A stretch of DNA of 64,000 bases, from assembly GCA_002687935.1 (NCBI GenBank), contig NZBN01000006.1, forward strand, positions 4,144 through 68,143, given 5' to 3'. The notes under the pieces are model-generated. The model saw only the letters and a program-made list of their open reading frames with translations, was not told the DNA's origin and did not search any database. Position 1 is the stretch's first letter, and every line of letters starts with the position of its first letter. Made by a program: the position numbers and the translations under genes. The stretch comes from Methanobacteriota archaeon (lineage in GTDB: Archaea; Undinarchaeota; Undinarchaeia; Undinarchaeales; Undinarchaeaceae). Below, in pieces: positions 30,951 through 39,621 of this stretch.

Positions 30951-31076
30951 GAAAGACCACAAACAAACAACAAAAAAAGGAAAATAAGATAGAAAAAAGG
31001 AAAACACACATAAAAATAAAAAAAAGTTCTATATGAAATAAAGGGGACTGAGACCTAAAAAACCATAAACAAACAA

Positions 31077-31556
31077 TTAACCATATGTTTTATGTGGCCG
31101 CGAAATATTAGACTCATTTACACCACTTTTTTTATGTTCTTTATCACTACTCACTTCTTTACCCAAACTACCTTTATTTGTAAATTTATCATCCATTTTT
31201 CTGGGTTTTTCTTTATATTTTAAACCAAGTACTCGCATAGCACTAAAAACAGAATCGGGTATTTCGATAACTAAATTTGGATCTAAGGAATAGTATTTTC
31301 GTGTGCTGGTACTTCCCCATGTATAATTTCCTTGTATTTGTTCTATTCCATATTCCTTAAATTCATCTTGTTGTACGCCTTTTTTCAAATGATAGTAAAT
31401 TTGCCGGGCTTCAAGTGGCTCAAAAGCCAGAAGATATACTTTATGTATTTCATAACCATAAGCACAACCAAGCGCTCCAAGTATCTGCTTTATTTTCTCT
31501 CGTATTGGGCTTCCAACAGGTCGTCCGCGACTGTCTTTCTTCGTTTCTAGAACCAT
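31077..31556 (-). CDS. PadR-like winged-helix protein with basic C-terminal tail
   Basis: 159 aa. The GYEIHKVY...IYYHLKKG pattern resembles the PadR/wHTH recognition region. The 3' end abuts the origin. Confidence 0.45.
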   Translation of the reverse strand: MVLETKKDSRGRPVGSPIREKIKQILGALGCAYGYEIHKVYLLAFEPLEARQIYYHLKKGVQQDEFKEYGIEQIQGNYTWGSTSTRKYYSLDPNLVIEIPDSVFSAMRVLGLKYKEKPRKMDDKFTNKGSLGKEVSSDKEHKKSGVNESNISRPHKTYG

Positions 31557-31726
31557 TATTGTCTATATGGATAATAAATAATAAACTTTATATATCTTCC
31601 CAAAACCCCACACAAAACATATTAATAAGCCAACTATCATTAATTTAGCCTGGATTTGAACCATAACACAGTTAGGCTGCGAATTAGGAAACGTGATGAA
31701 CTTTTTGTGGATCAGATTAAACTAGA

Positions 31727-33130
31727 ATGAAAGAATACACAAAACACAATAGAAAACAAAAACCCCAAAAAGGAAAAACAGACGCAGTAAAAAACCAAAA
31801 AATCGACCTCAGTTCTGTTGGCACCTTCAAAAAACTTGGAATAGCGGAGCCACTCTTAATGTCAATAGCAGAACAAGGCTTCGAAGAACCAACAGAAATA
31901 CAAGAAAAATCAATCCCTGCAGTTTTATCTGGTAAAGATTTAATGGCAAAGGCAGCTACAGGCTCAGGAAAAACACTATCTTTCGGTGCTGGCATAATCC
32001 AAAACACAGAACAGAAAAAAGGTCTTCAGGCACTTGTTCTTACTCCTACAAGAGAGTTAGCAATACAGGCAGCAAAGGCACTGAAAGAATTTTCAAAACA
32101 CAAATCCCTCAAAGTAACTGCAGTATATGGGGGGGTTTCAATAAGTAATCAAATACAAGCCCTTCGTCGTGTTGAAATTGCGGTTGCAACACCTGGTAGA
32201 CTTCTTGACCACATGGAAAGAGGCACAATAAACCTAGATTCTATCAACATACTAGTTTTAGATGAGGCAGACCGAATGCTAGATATGGGCTTCATAGATG
32301 ATGTCCAGAAAATAATCCGAGCCTGCCCAAAAAACAGACAGACCTTACTCTTTTCCGCCACACTCTCCTCTGGTGTAAAAAGACTTGCAAGAAAATATAT
32401 GAGAGACCCACAGGAAGTATTTGCCGAGTCTTTCGTAGACCCCACAAAACTGGAACAAATTTATTATGATATTGAGGACAGACTAAAATTTTCACTTCTT
32501 CTACATCTTCTCAAAAATGAAGAGTCAGAGCTCGTAATGGTGTTCTGCAACACAAGACGTTTTGTTGATTTTGTATCTAAACATCTAAATGAAAGAGGTA
32601 TAAACACAATGGCAATCCATGGAGGTTTCAGACAGGCAAAAAGAACAAAAACAATGGACAAATTTCATTCTCAAAACGTCCAAGTCCTTGTTTGCACAGA
32701 CGTAGCAGCCAGAGGTCTAGACATACCTATGGTTTCTCATGTCTACAATTTTGACATACCAAAAGAAAGCAATCAATACATACACAGAATTGGTAGAACA
32801 GCAAGAGCAGGCAAAGAAGGAAAGGTAATAAACATACTTGGAAGCCGTGACTACGAAAATTTCAGAAAAGTGAAACAGGAAGCAATTGGGGATATTCCCC
32901 GTGCAGAGCTTCCAGATTTCGAAAAAATAATTATACAAGTCCCTAAAGGCCGTCCAAACAAAACAAAATATGGTTCAAGTAATAGACGTGGTCCAAATAG
33001 AAGAAGTAGTTCTTACAGAGGCAGTTCACAAAGAGGAGGCTCTCACAGAAGAAGTGGCGGCTCAAAATCCTCCTCAAACAGACGCCCACAGAGAAGTTCA
33101 AACAGACCCTCATATAAGTCTAAAAGATAA
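31727..33130 (+). CDS. DEAD-box RNA helicase with Arg/Ser/Gly-rich C-terminal tail
   Basis: 467 aa. Q-motif region, AATGSGKT, DEAD, SAT, HRIGRTARAG. About 70-aa RS-rich tail. Confidence 0.9.
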   Translation: MKEYTKHNRKQKPQKGKTDAVKNQKIDLSSVGTFKKLGIAEPLLMSIAEQGFEEPTEIQEKSIPAVLSGKDLMAKAATGSGKTLSFGAGIIQNTEQKKGLQALVLTPTRELAIQAAKALKEFSKHKSLKVTAVYGGVSISNQIQALRRVEIAVATPGRLLDHMERGTINLDSINILVLDEADRMLDMGFIDDVQKIIRACPKNRQTLLFSATLSSGVKRLARKYMRDPQEVFAESFVDPTKLEQIYYDIEDRLKFSLLLHLLKNEESELVMVFCNTRRFVDFVSKHLNERGINTMAIHGGFRQAKRTKTMDKFHSQNVQVLVCTDVAARGLDIPMVSHVYNFDIPKESNQYIHRIGRTARAGKEGKVINILGSRDYENFRKVKQEAIGDIPRAELPDFEKIIIQVPKGRPNKTKYGSSNRRGPNRRSSSYRGSSQRGGSHRRSGGSKSSSNRRPQRSSNRPSYKSKR

Positions 33131-33170
33131 GTCCCAAAACCTTTAATATCAGAGAGACCACCTTCAAACT

Positions 33171-33590
33171 ATGCCAGCACCAAATGCACGCGAACTTGAA
33201 ACACAATTAAGATCAATAAAAAAAACCATATTTGGTGCTCTAAATCCTGAAACAGGAGTTCTGGATAATAAAATAATATTTGAACAGGGAGAAACTCTCA
33301 AAACCTGGTTAGGTGATTTCGAAACCCTCTATTTAAATGAAGCCGCTTCAAAACCAAGTAAAACAGCCAAACTAAAAAAAGAAGGAGAAAAAATTATCGA
33401 ATTTGGCTGGCATTGCTATGAAATCCTTGTGGAAGCAGACCTACAATCTGGTGGCGCATCAAATCCTTCTCGTCGCTGGGAACCAATAGAATTTGGGACG
33501 GTTTTGGGAAATCTCAAGGAACAAATTGTATCTAATTTCACACAATTAGAAAGCGACTACTCAACTTTTATTAAAACAATATTATTGTAG
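33171..33590 (+). CDS. hypothetical protein
   Basis: 139-aa ORF with codon style matching neighbouring plus-strand genes. No recognised motif. 9-nt convergent overlap with hef. Confidence 0.4.
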   Translation: MPAPNARELETQLRSIKKTIFGALNPETGVLDNKIIFEQGETLKTWLGDFETLYLNEAASKPSKTAKLKKEGEKIIEFGWHCYEILVEADLQSGGASNPSRRWEPIEFGTVLGNLKEQIVSNFTQLESDYSTFIKTILL

Positions 33591-35756
33591 AGAATATTTA
33601 GATTCTATAACACTTCTTATTTCACTAGCTTTTTTCTTTCCTATTTTCTCAACAGCCATTAACTCTTCCTCACCTGCAGTAAATACTCCACTGACGCCAC
33701 CAAATTCCTTCAAAAGTCTCTTGGCGAGAGAAGGTCCGACATTTGGAAGACTTTCTACAATATACTGCTGAGTTTCTGCAAGAAGTCTTGGCCTTGCCCC
33801 ACTCCTCAGCCTTATTTCTCGCTTTTCATCAATCTGTTCTCTCTTAGCAATTTGGTGTATATACGCCGCAGTGTCCGAAACATCCTCACTCGTTACTATA
33901 GGAAGTTGAAAATCAATAGCTATTGTCGAAATCATCCCTCTTATAGCGTTTGGATGCAAATTCCTCTTATTGTAAAGTCCACTTCCTTCTACTATCAATA
34001 AAGGCCTTTCAAAAAGAGAGCACAAAGAAGTCACCTGATCCATCAATCTCCCATCTACAATTGATTGCAGAAAATCATCAACACACTTTCTCTCAACCCC
34101 TACTCTATCAGAAAGTTGGAAATCTGCAACATCTAATTGCTTCAATTGAATTTCACATCCAAATTTTGACAAAGCTTTCAAAATACCTGAACCAGATTCC
34201 CTTGAATCAGCAATAACAACTATCTTTTCCCCATTATTTTCAGAAAAAGTACCAAGAGTCTTCTGAGCTGCTGGTTTTAAATCAACTCCTCCTAAAGCCC
34301 GAACCATCCCCTCTTCCTTCTTTTTTGAGCTCCAATAATATGCTTCATCTCTAGTCCCCTTTGACATCAATATAAACACATTCCCTGGAGAAGTTCTTGC
34401 AGTCCTTCCACTTCTCTGTATGCTCCGTATAGCACTCGGAACTGGCTCATAAAAAATAACACTCTCAACAACAGGAATATCCAAACCTTCTTCGCCAACA
34501 GAAGTTGCCACAAGAACTCTAAACTCACCTTTCTTAAATTTCTCAATCTGACTTATCTGAACTTTCTGACTCTGCCCTTTTGTTCGTCTTCCTGTCTGTC
34601 CGATAAGCTTTCCTACCGAAATTCCTTTCTCTATTAAAAAATCCACAATATTATCAACACTTGCTCTATAATTAGCAAAAACCAAAGCCTGCCCACCAGT
34701 ATTTGAAATTATTTCATACAATTTCTCCATCTTGGGGTGCTCAAACCCTACCTTGGCAAGACTATCAACTTCAGCAAAACACATTTTCATTCTCGGATCC
34801 GTTCTCAACCTTTGAGCTGCTTTCGTCGGATCGTTCTTAAGTTTTCTAAAATATTCCTGCAGAGGAACAATTCCCTGCGTCTCCAGAAGCTCCTGCGCAT
34901 AATAAACCTTCATAGCCCCTGCGGCAATTGACATATATTTATACAAATCAGGATTCTCTGCCGCATCCTTCGCCAAAGCTCCTTGCAATTTCAACAAATC
35001 AAGCTTCTTCACATACTTACTATTTCCTAAAAGCTCGGAAGCTCGCAAGCTTGCAATATTTTCCTTGAATACTTTATCAAGTGCCTCCTTCATCCGCATA
35101 AATTCTCTTGGCAAGTCAACATATACCCATTCCATCTTTCTTTTTCGGACATATGGCGCAACATCCTCATGCTCCCTACTCCTATACTCAATCTTTTCCA
35201 AAGAAAGCTCCTTACAAATTTTCTCAATATCCTCTTTCCGACTTCCCGGCGATGCAGTCAAAGCAAGAACTCTGGAAAATCGGGACTCCTCCATATATTT
35301 TTCAGCAATAAATGAATAAGGATATTCTCCAACCGCGCGATGAGCTTCATCAACAATTAAAAGCGAATAATCTTCTAAGGATAGAGTCTTCGACAACAAA
35401 TCATTTTGAATAACTTGAGGAGTTGCGAAAATAAACTGCGCATCATTATAAATCACCTTTCTCTTATCTGGTGAAATTTCTCCTGTCAGTGACACAAACT
35501 CATCGTCTCCAAACACAAAGGCATTCTCCCACACCTGTCTATGTTGTTCAACAAGAGGTTTCGTCGGAGCAACAAAAAGAACTCTCCCTTCTGGATGTTT
35601 TCCAAGCCTCTGCGCGGCTAAAAGAGCGGCAACAAAAGTTTTTCCTAAACCTGTCGGAAGCACAACTAATGTATTATTTTTTGCAGCAGTCCCCAAAATA
35701 GTCTCTTGATAGAGTCTCTTTTCTATTACTCCTTCTTTCAAAAACCCACTTCCCAT
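33582..35756 (-). CDS. hef: Hef helicase-nuclease (XPF/ERCC4 family)
   Basis: 724 aa. PTGLGKT, DEAH, helicase C motifs. ERCC4 nuclease block (VIADSRE...GVERK). C-terminal HhH2. Confidence 0.9.
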   Translation of the reverse strand: MGSGFLKEGVIEKRLYQETILGTAAKNNTLVVLPTGLGKTFVAALLAAQRLGKHPEGRVLFVAPTKPLVEQHRQVWENAFVFGDDEFVSLTGEISPDKRKVIYNDAQFIFATPQVIQNDLLSKTLSLEDYSLLIVDEAHRAVGEYPYSFIAEKYMEESRFSRVLALTASPGSRKEDIEKICKELSLEKIEYRSREHEDVAPYVRKRKMEWVYVDLPREFMRMKEALDKVFKENIASLRASELLGNSKYVKKLDLLKLQGALAKDAAENPDLYKYMSIAAGAMKVYYAQELLETQGIVPLQEYFRKLKNDPTKAAQRLRTDPRMKMCFAEVDSLAKVGFEHPKMEKLYEIISNTGGQALVFANYRASVDNIVDFLIEKGISVGKLIGQTGRRTKGQSQKVQISQIEKFKKGEFRVLVATSVGEEGLDIPVVESVIFYEPVPSAIRSIQRSGRTARTSPGNVFILMSKGTRDEAYYWSSKKKEEGMVRALGGVDLKPAAQKTLGTFSENNGEKIVVIADSRESGSGILKALSKFGCEIQLKQLDVADFQLSDRVGVERKCVDDFLQSIVDGRLMDQVTSLCSLFERPLLIVEGSGLYNKRNLHPNAIRGMISTIAIDFQLPIVTSEDVSDTAAYIHQIAKREQIDEKREIRLRSGARPRLLAETQQYIVESLPNVGPSLAKRLLKEFGGVSGVFTAGEEELMAVEKIGKKKASEIRSVIESKYSLQ

Positions 35757-35844
35757 AACACTATCTTGTTTTACATTCTATATATTTTAGTGCATCCTCA
35801 AAAACTATATAAGACCTACAATACTTCAGTAGTCGGTCACTATC

Positions 35845-36063
35845 ATGAAAAAATCGGTTCAAAAAAAACACGAAAAAACATTACCTACTTGGATGACTAC
35901 ACTTTCTAATAAAATTCTTCCCCCTCTCTTTTTCTTTTCCCTGGCAGTTCTAACTCTTCATTTGATGCCCCTCGCCGGAACAAAGGTTCTCAAACTCAAT
36001 CTCGGAATACTCTCAATAACTTCCTCAACAATCTCTTTTTATCTCACTATTCTCCTTCTCTAA
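35845..36063 (+). CDS. possible small membrane protein
   Basis: 72-aa ORF in an otherwise 340-nt gap. Basic N-terminus plus two hydrophobic segments. C/A-ending codons fit local plus-strand genes. Confidence 0.25.
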   Translation: MKKSVQKKHEKTLPTWMTTLSNKILPPLFFFSLAVLTLHLMPLAGTKVLKLNLGILSITSSTISFYLTILLL

Positions 36064-36095
36064 AACTTTATAAACATACTTGAATAATCTTTAAT

Positions 36096-36596
36096 ATGGG
36101 AGTCCGGGTACTATTTGGTGGAATTTTTAAAAAAATAAAAGGACGTTTTTCCGACGAAGATGATTTAGATGATGAAATTGGAACATCTGATGATCTTGAT
36201 GATGAATTATCTGATGATGAATTATCTGATGATGAATTATCTGATGATGATTTAGATGAGGATCTTGATGATGAAGAGTCACCCCTACAAACAATTCCTC
36301 AAACCCCAACAAAACCTGAACTACTCCCTTCTCTTGAATCTCAAAAAGAAGCCTCACTACCACAAACTCCACAAAGTTCTACTACACCACAAGATTCCGA
36401 AAAAATAGAGACAGAGTTGGCAACCATAAGAACTAAAATAGATTTACTGGAATCTCATCTCCAGAATATAGAGAGTAAAGAAGCATTATACAAATCTGAG
36501 GCAGACCGCTATATGCAATACCTCACATATATCAGCGACAAACTTGACAATTTGGCAAGGGAGCACACTGAAATAGAAAGGCTAGTTCGTCAATAA
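36096..36596 (+). CDS. acidic repeat protein (DDELS repeats) with C-terminal coiled coil
   Basis: 166 aa. D/E-rich N-terminal half, Pro/Gln/Ser linker, heptad-like C-terminus. Confidence 0.5.
   Translation: MGVRVLFGGIFKKIKGRFSDEDDLDDEIGTSDDLDDELSDDELSDDELSDDDLDEDLDDEESPLQTIPQTPTKPELLPSLESQKEASLPQTPQSSTTPQDSEKIETELATIRTKIDLLESHLQNIESKEALYKSEADRYMQYLTYISDKLDNLAREHTEIERLVRQ
36198..36242 (+). repeat. 3 x 15-bp perfect tandem repeat GATGATGAATTATCT (encodes DDELS x3)
   Basis: Read directly, with degenerate copies on both sides. Confidence 0.9.
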
Positions 36597-36598
36597 AT

Positions 36599-37195
36599 AT
36601 GCCAAGACGTAAAAACGAAGCTATCAGGGTCTCAAAGAGAAGTCTTTTAGCATTTTCTCTGGCTATTATTGGAATTATTGCATTCATTGTTCTTCTTCCC
36701 TTTCTAAAATGGGCTTCTCATGGAAGATATATGATTCTCCTTATAATTTTCCTTGCCATCTTCATAACTCGCAGGGCAGATTCCTGGAAAGTTGGAATAG
36801 AAGTATTCTACCTCTCAGCCTTTTTATTAGCATATACTTACAATCTATTCGTATCACTCGCCATATCTTTCTTTGCCTTCTATTTCGTCGTAAAAACAAA
36901 ACCTTCTGAGGGAGCAGGAATAGTAATTCACAGTATAATGGTCACAATACTTGCCACGACTGCGAGCGTTTTATCGGGGCATTTTGGAACAAGTTTGTCA
37001 CAAACACAATTCTTTTGGTCCACATATATCTCCATACTTATTATTATCTGGTTGGATGCTATAGTGGTATTCTTTTCTGCACCTGTTCCCCTCCCTAAAA
37101 ATATCATAACACACTCTATGGGTAGCTTTGCTAATTACTTAATAATCTCAAAAATAGGCTATCCCCTCTTCCTATACCTTCTCAGCCTGCAGTAA
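36599..37195 (+). CDS. polytopic membrane protein, unknown family
   Basis: 198 aa, about 6 hydrophobic segments. Starts 3 nt after the acidic protein gene. Confidence 0.5.
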   Translation: MPRRKNEAIRVSKRSLLAFSLAIIGIIAFIVLLPFLKWASHGRYMILLIIFLAIFITRRADSWKVGIEVFYLSAFLLAYTYNLFVSLAISFFAFYFVVKTKPSEGAGIVIHSIMVTILATTASVLSGHFGTSLSQTQFFWSTYISILIIIWLDAIVVFFSAPVPLPKNIITHSMGSFANYLIISKIGYPLFLYLLSLQ

Positions 37196-38512
37196 TTAGC
37201 GAGCTCTGATTATTTTATCAATCTGCGTTTTCACAGAACCAATATAATTTTTTGGATCGAGAACTTCAATAAGTTCTTCTTCAGAAAGGTGTTCCCTTAT
37301 CTTGGGTTTCTTCTTCAAAACTTCCATCAATTCAATATCTTTTTTAGAGCTCTCCAATGAAGCCTCTCTAATAATTGCATGTGCTTTATCTCGCTCCATA
37401 CCTTTCTCAACAAGCTTCAACATAACCGCTTCTGACATAAAACGCCCCTTTGTTAGCGTTATATTTCGATGTATTTTATCAGGGTAGACATTTAGACCCT
37501 GCATTATCTGTGTTGTCTCTTCTATAACAAAATCCGTCAAAATAAAAGTTTCCGGAAAAATTATACCCTCACAACTGGAATTTGTTAAATCTCTTTCATG
37601 CTCAAGTGGAATATTCTCCAGAGCCGGAATAATGTTTGACCTTAGGTATCTGACAATCCCTGTAATTCTCTCCGACCTCCCGGGATTTCGCTTCTGAGGC
37701 ATTCCTGCGCTCGCAATTCGCCCCTTCTTAAAAGGCTCTTCCAATTCTCCTATCTCAGTTCTCTGCATGTTCCTTATTTCTTTTGAAATTTTCTGAAGAG
37801 TCTGTCCTATCATAACTAAGGTAAAAATAACATCGGCATGTCTATCTCTCTGAATAACCTGTGTTGTCGCTCTAGAACTTTTCAGTCCAAATTCCTTCAT
37901 TACTAAATCTTGTATTTTTGCAGCATTTTTCCCGAAACTTGCTCCTGTTCCAACAGCGCCTGTCATCTTACCATAGTGTATATTTTTCTTAGAGTTGTCT
38001 ACCCTTTCCAACTGCCTGTCAATTTCACAGGACCAAACCGCAAACTTAAAGCCCAAAGTCGTTGGAACTGCGTGCTGTCCATGAGTCCTTCCTATTATAA
38101 TCAAATCTCTATACTGCTTTGCCATATCCAGAAGAACCAATCTCAAATTCTTAAGTCTTTTCTCAATTACACTTAATGCTTCTCCAAAAATAAGAGCCCA
38201 CCCAGTATCAATTATATCATAAGATGTTGCTCCAAGGTGAACATATTTTCCATATTCTCCTGATTTTTCGGCCAAGGCAGTTGAAACTGCAAGAATTCTG
38301 TGCTGCAGCTCTTCTTCTAACTCTCCAATCCTTTCAAGCTTTATTGTTTTCAAATTGGCATTTTTCCCAATAATATCTGCCGCTTTCTTAGGAATATTTC
38401 CAACAGATGCTTGCGCTTTTACGAGAGCTACCTCTATAGAAAGCCATTTCTCAAGAATATGTTCTTCGGAGAAAATTTCCTCCATTTCCTTTGTTGTATG
38501 TATATTTTTCAT
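37196..38512 (-). CDS. purB: adenylosuccinate lyase
   Basis: 438 aa. Fumarate-lyase signature SAGMPQKRNP and typical PurB N-terminus. Confidence 0.95.
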   Translation of the reverse strand: MKNIHTTKEMEEIFSEEHILEKWLSIEVALVKAQASVGNIPKKAADIIGKNANLKTIKLERIGELEEELQHRILAVSTALAEKSGEYGKYVHLGATSYDIIDTGWALIFGEALSVIEKRLKNLRLVLLDMAKQYRDLIIIGRTHGQHAVPTTLGFKFAVWSCEIDRQLERVDNSKKNIHYGKMTGAVGTGASFGKNAAKIQDLVMKEFGLKSSRATTQVIQRDRHADVIFTLVMIGQTLQKISKEIRNMQRTEIGELEEPFKKGRIASAGMPQKRNPGRSERITGIVRYLRSNIIPALENIPLEHERDLTNSSCEGIIFPETFILTDFVIEETTQIMQGLNVYPDKIHRNITLTKGRFMSEAVMLKLVEKGMERDKAHAIIREASLESSKKDIELMEVLKKKPKIREHLSEEELIEVLDPKNYIGSVKTQIDKIIRAR

Positions 38513-38578
38513 ATGGATATTACCTTATTTTAAAAACCCAAAACAAGGCACATATACTTACATATGCTGACATAGCTT

Positions 38579-39148
38579 TTAAATCTTTACACCACTAAAT
38601 ATCCAGAAAGCGATGCCCATTGCCCCAGCCCAAACTCTCCAGTCCCATTTAAAGACTTTTTGTCCATCAAGCGGATAAATTGGTATAAGATTAAAAATTG
38701 CAAGGAAGGAGTTCACATAAGCCCCAATCCATCCCAAAATTGCCAAAAAGTTATTATTTGTATACATAAAGGACATAAAAAATACTGCCAGAAGAACATT
38801 TATCATAGGTCCAACAACAGCAACCAAACCAACATTTCTATCTGAATGTCTAACCCGGCCTCCAAAATAAACAGCACCCGGAGCTATAAAAGTCCATCCA
38901 AAAATCGACAGGAAGGCCGCAAATATAAGTCCCTCCTTCCACATCTTATAGTGCGCATGATAGCCTTTTTTCTGCGCCATAAACTTATGCCCCAATTCAT
39001 GCAATATAAACCCTGGACCAATTGCAAGAATTGCAAAAATAAACATCATAGGACTTCTCATTGAAACTGCTACAACAGCTGACATAACAAGAACGGAAAT
39101 ACTAAGATCCTGCAATTCCTGCTGTGTAAATCTTCCTCTCAAATTCAT
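38579..39148 (-). CDS. M50-family (site-2 protease-like) membrane metalloprotease
   Basis: 189 aa. HELGH in a TM helix and the NLIPIYPLDG second motif. Confidence 0.8.
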   Translation of the reverse strand: MNLRGRFTQQELQDLSISVLVMSAVVAVSMRSPMMFIFAILAIGPGFILHELGHKFMAQKKGYHAHYKMWKEGLIFAAFLSIFGWTFIAPGAVYFGGRVRHSDRNVGLVAVVGPMINVLLAVFFMSFMYTNNNFLAILGWIGAYVNSFLAIFNLIPIYPLDGQKVFKWDWRVWAGAMGIAFWIFSGVKI

Positions 39149-39230
39149 ATTGTTCCTTATTTTCTCTGTCTTATACTTTTTCCGACAAACTATTTAAACA
39201 AGAACCACTTAGTGAAAATTGGGAGAAATA

Positions 39231-39554
39231 ATGACAGTAACAAACTTGACAAACCTCACAGGAAAGGACGTTTACACACGCGGCGCTGAATACGTCGGAA
39301 AGGTGGAAGATGCAATGCTTGACACCGAAAAAGGAAGCATTTCCGGCTTTACAATTTCTATGGCTCCTGAAAGTTTCCTCTATAAAACACTTTCACAAGG
39401 GGAACAGGGAGTAAAGAAAAGCGTTCTAATCCCTTACAAGGAAATCCTTGCCTGCAAAGACATAGTCCTAGTAACAGCACCAAAACAACTACTTCCAAAA
39501 CAGGCTGAAGAAGAAGACCACGACGAGTCTCCAATCCCCGGTCTAATAGATTAA
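39231..39554 (+). CDS. PRC-barrel domain protein with acidic tail
   Basis: The ATG at 39231 is preceded by GGGAG. The ORF track uses TTG at 39219. The G..V....G...G.V.D...D...G.I..F pattern is PRC-like. Confidence 0.6.
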   Translation: MTVTNLTNLTGKDVYTRGAEYVGKVEDAMLDTEKGSISGFTISMAPESFLYKTLSQGEQGVKKSVLIPYKEILACKDIVLVTAPKQLLPKQAEEEDHDESPIPGLID

Positions 39555-39621
39555 TTTATTTATTTTTCATTAACAGCGCTAGCGCTGATTCTTCTCAAAT
39601 AAGGGGATTCACCCCAAAAAC

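Larger units (their letters stand above)
30590..31076. other. chromosomal replication origin (oriC) region
   Basis: Non-coding, adjacent to cdc6-polB-polC. Contains ORB-like boxes with G-strings, a T-rich tract and an almost pure A+T block. Strand composition flips here. Confidence 0.7.
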
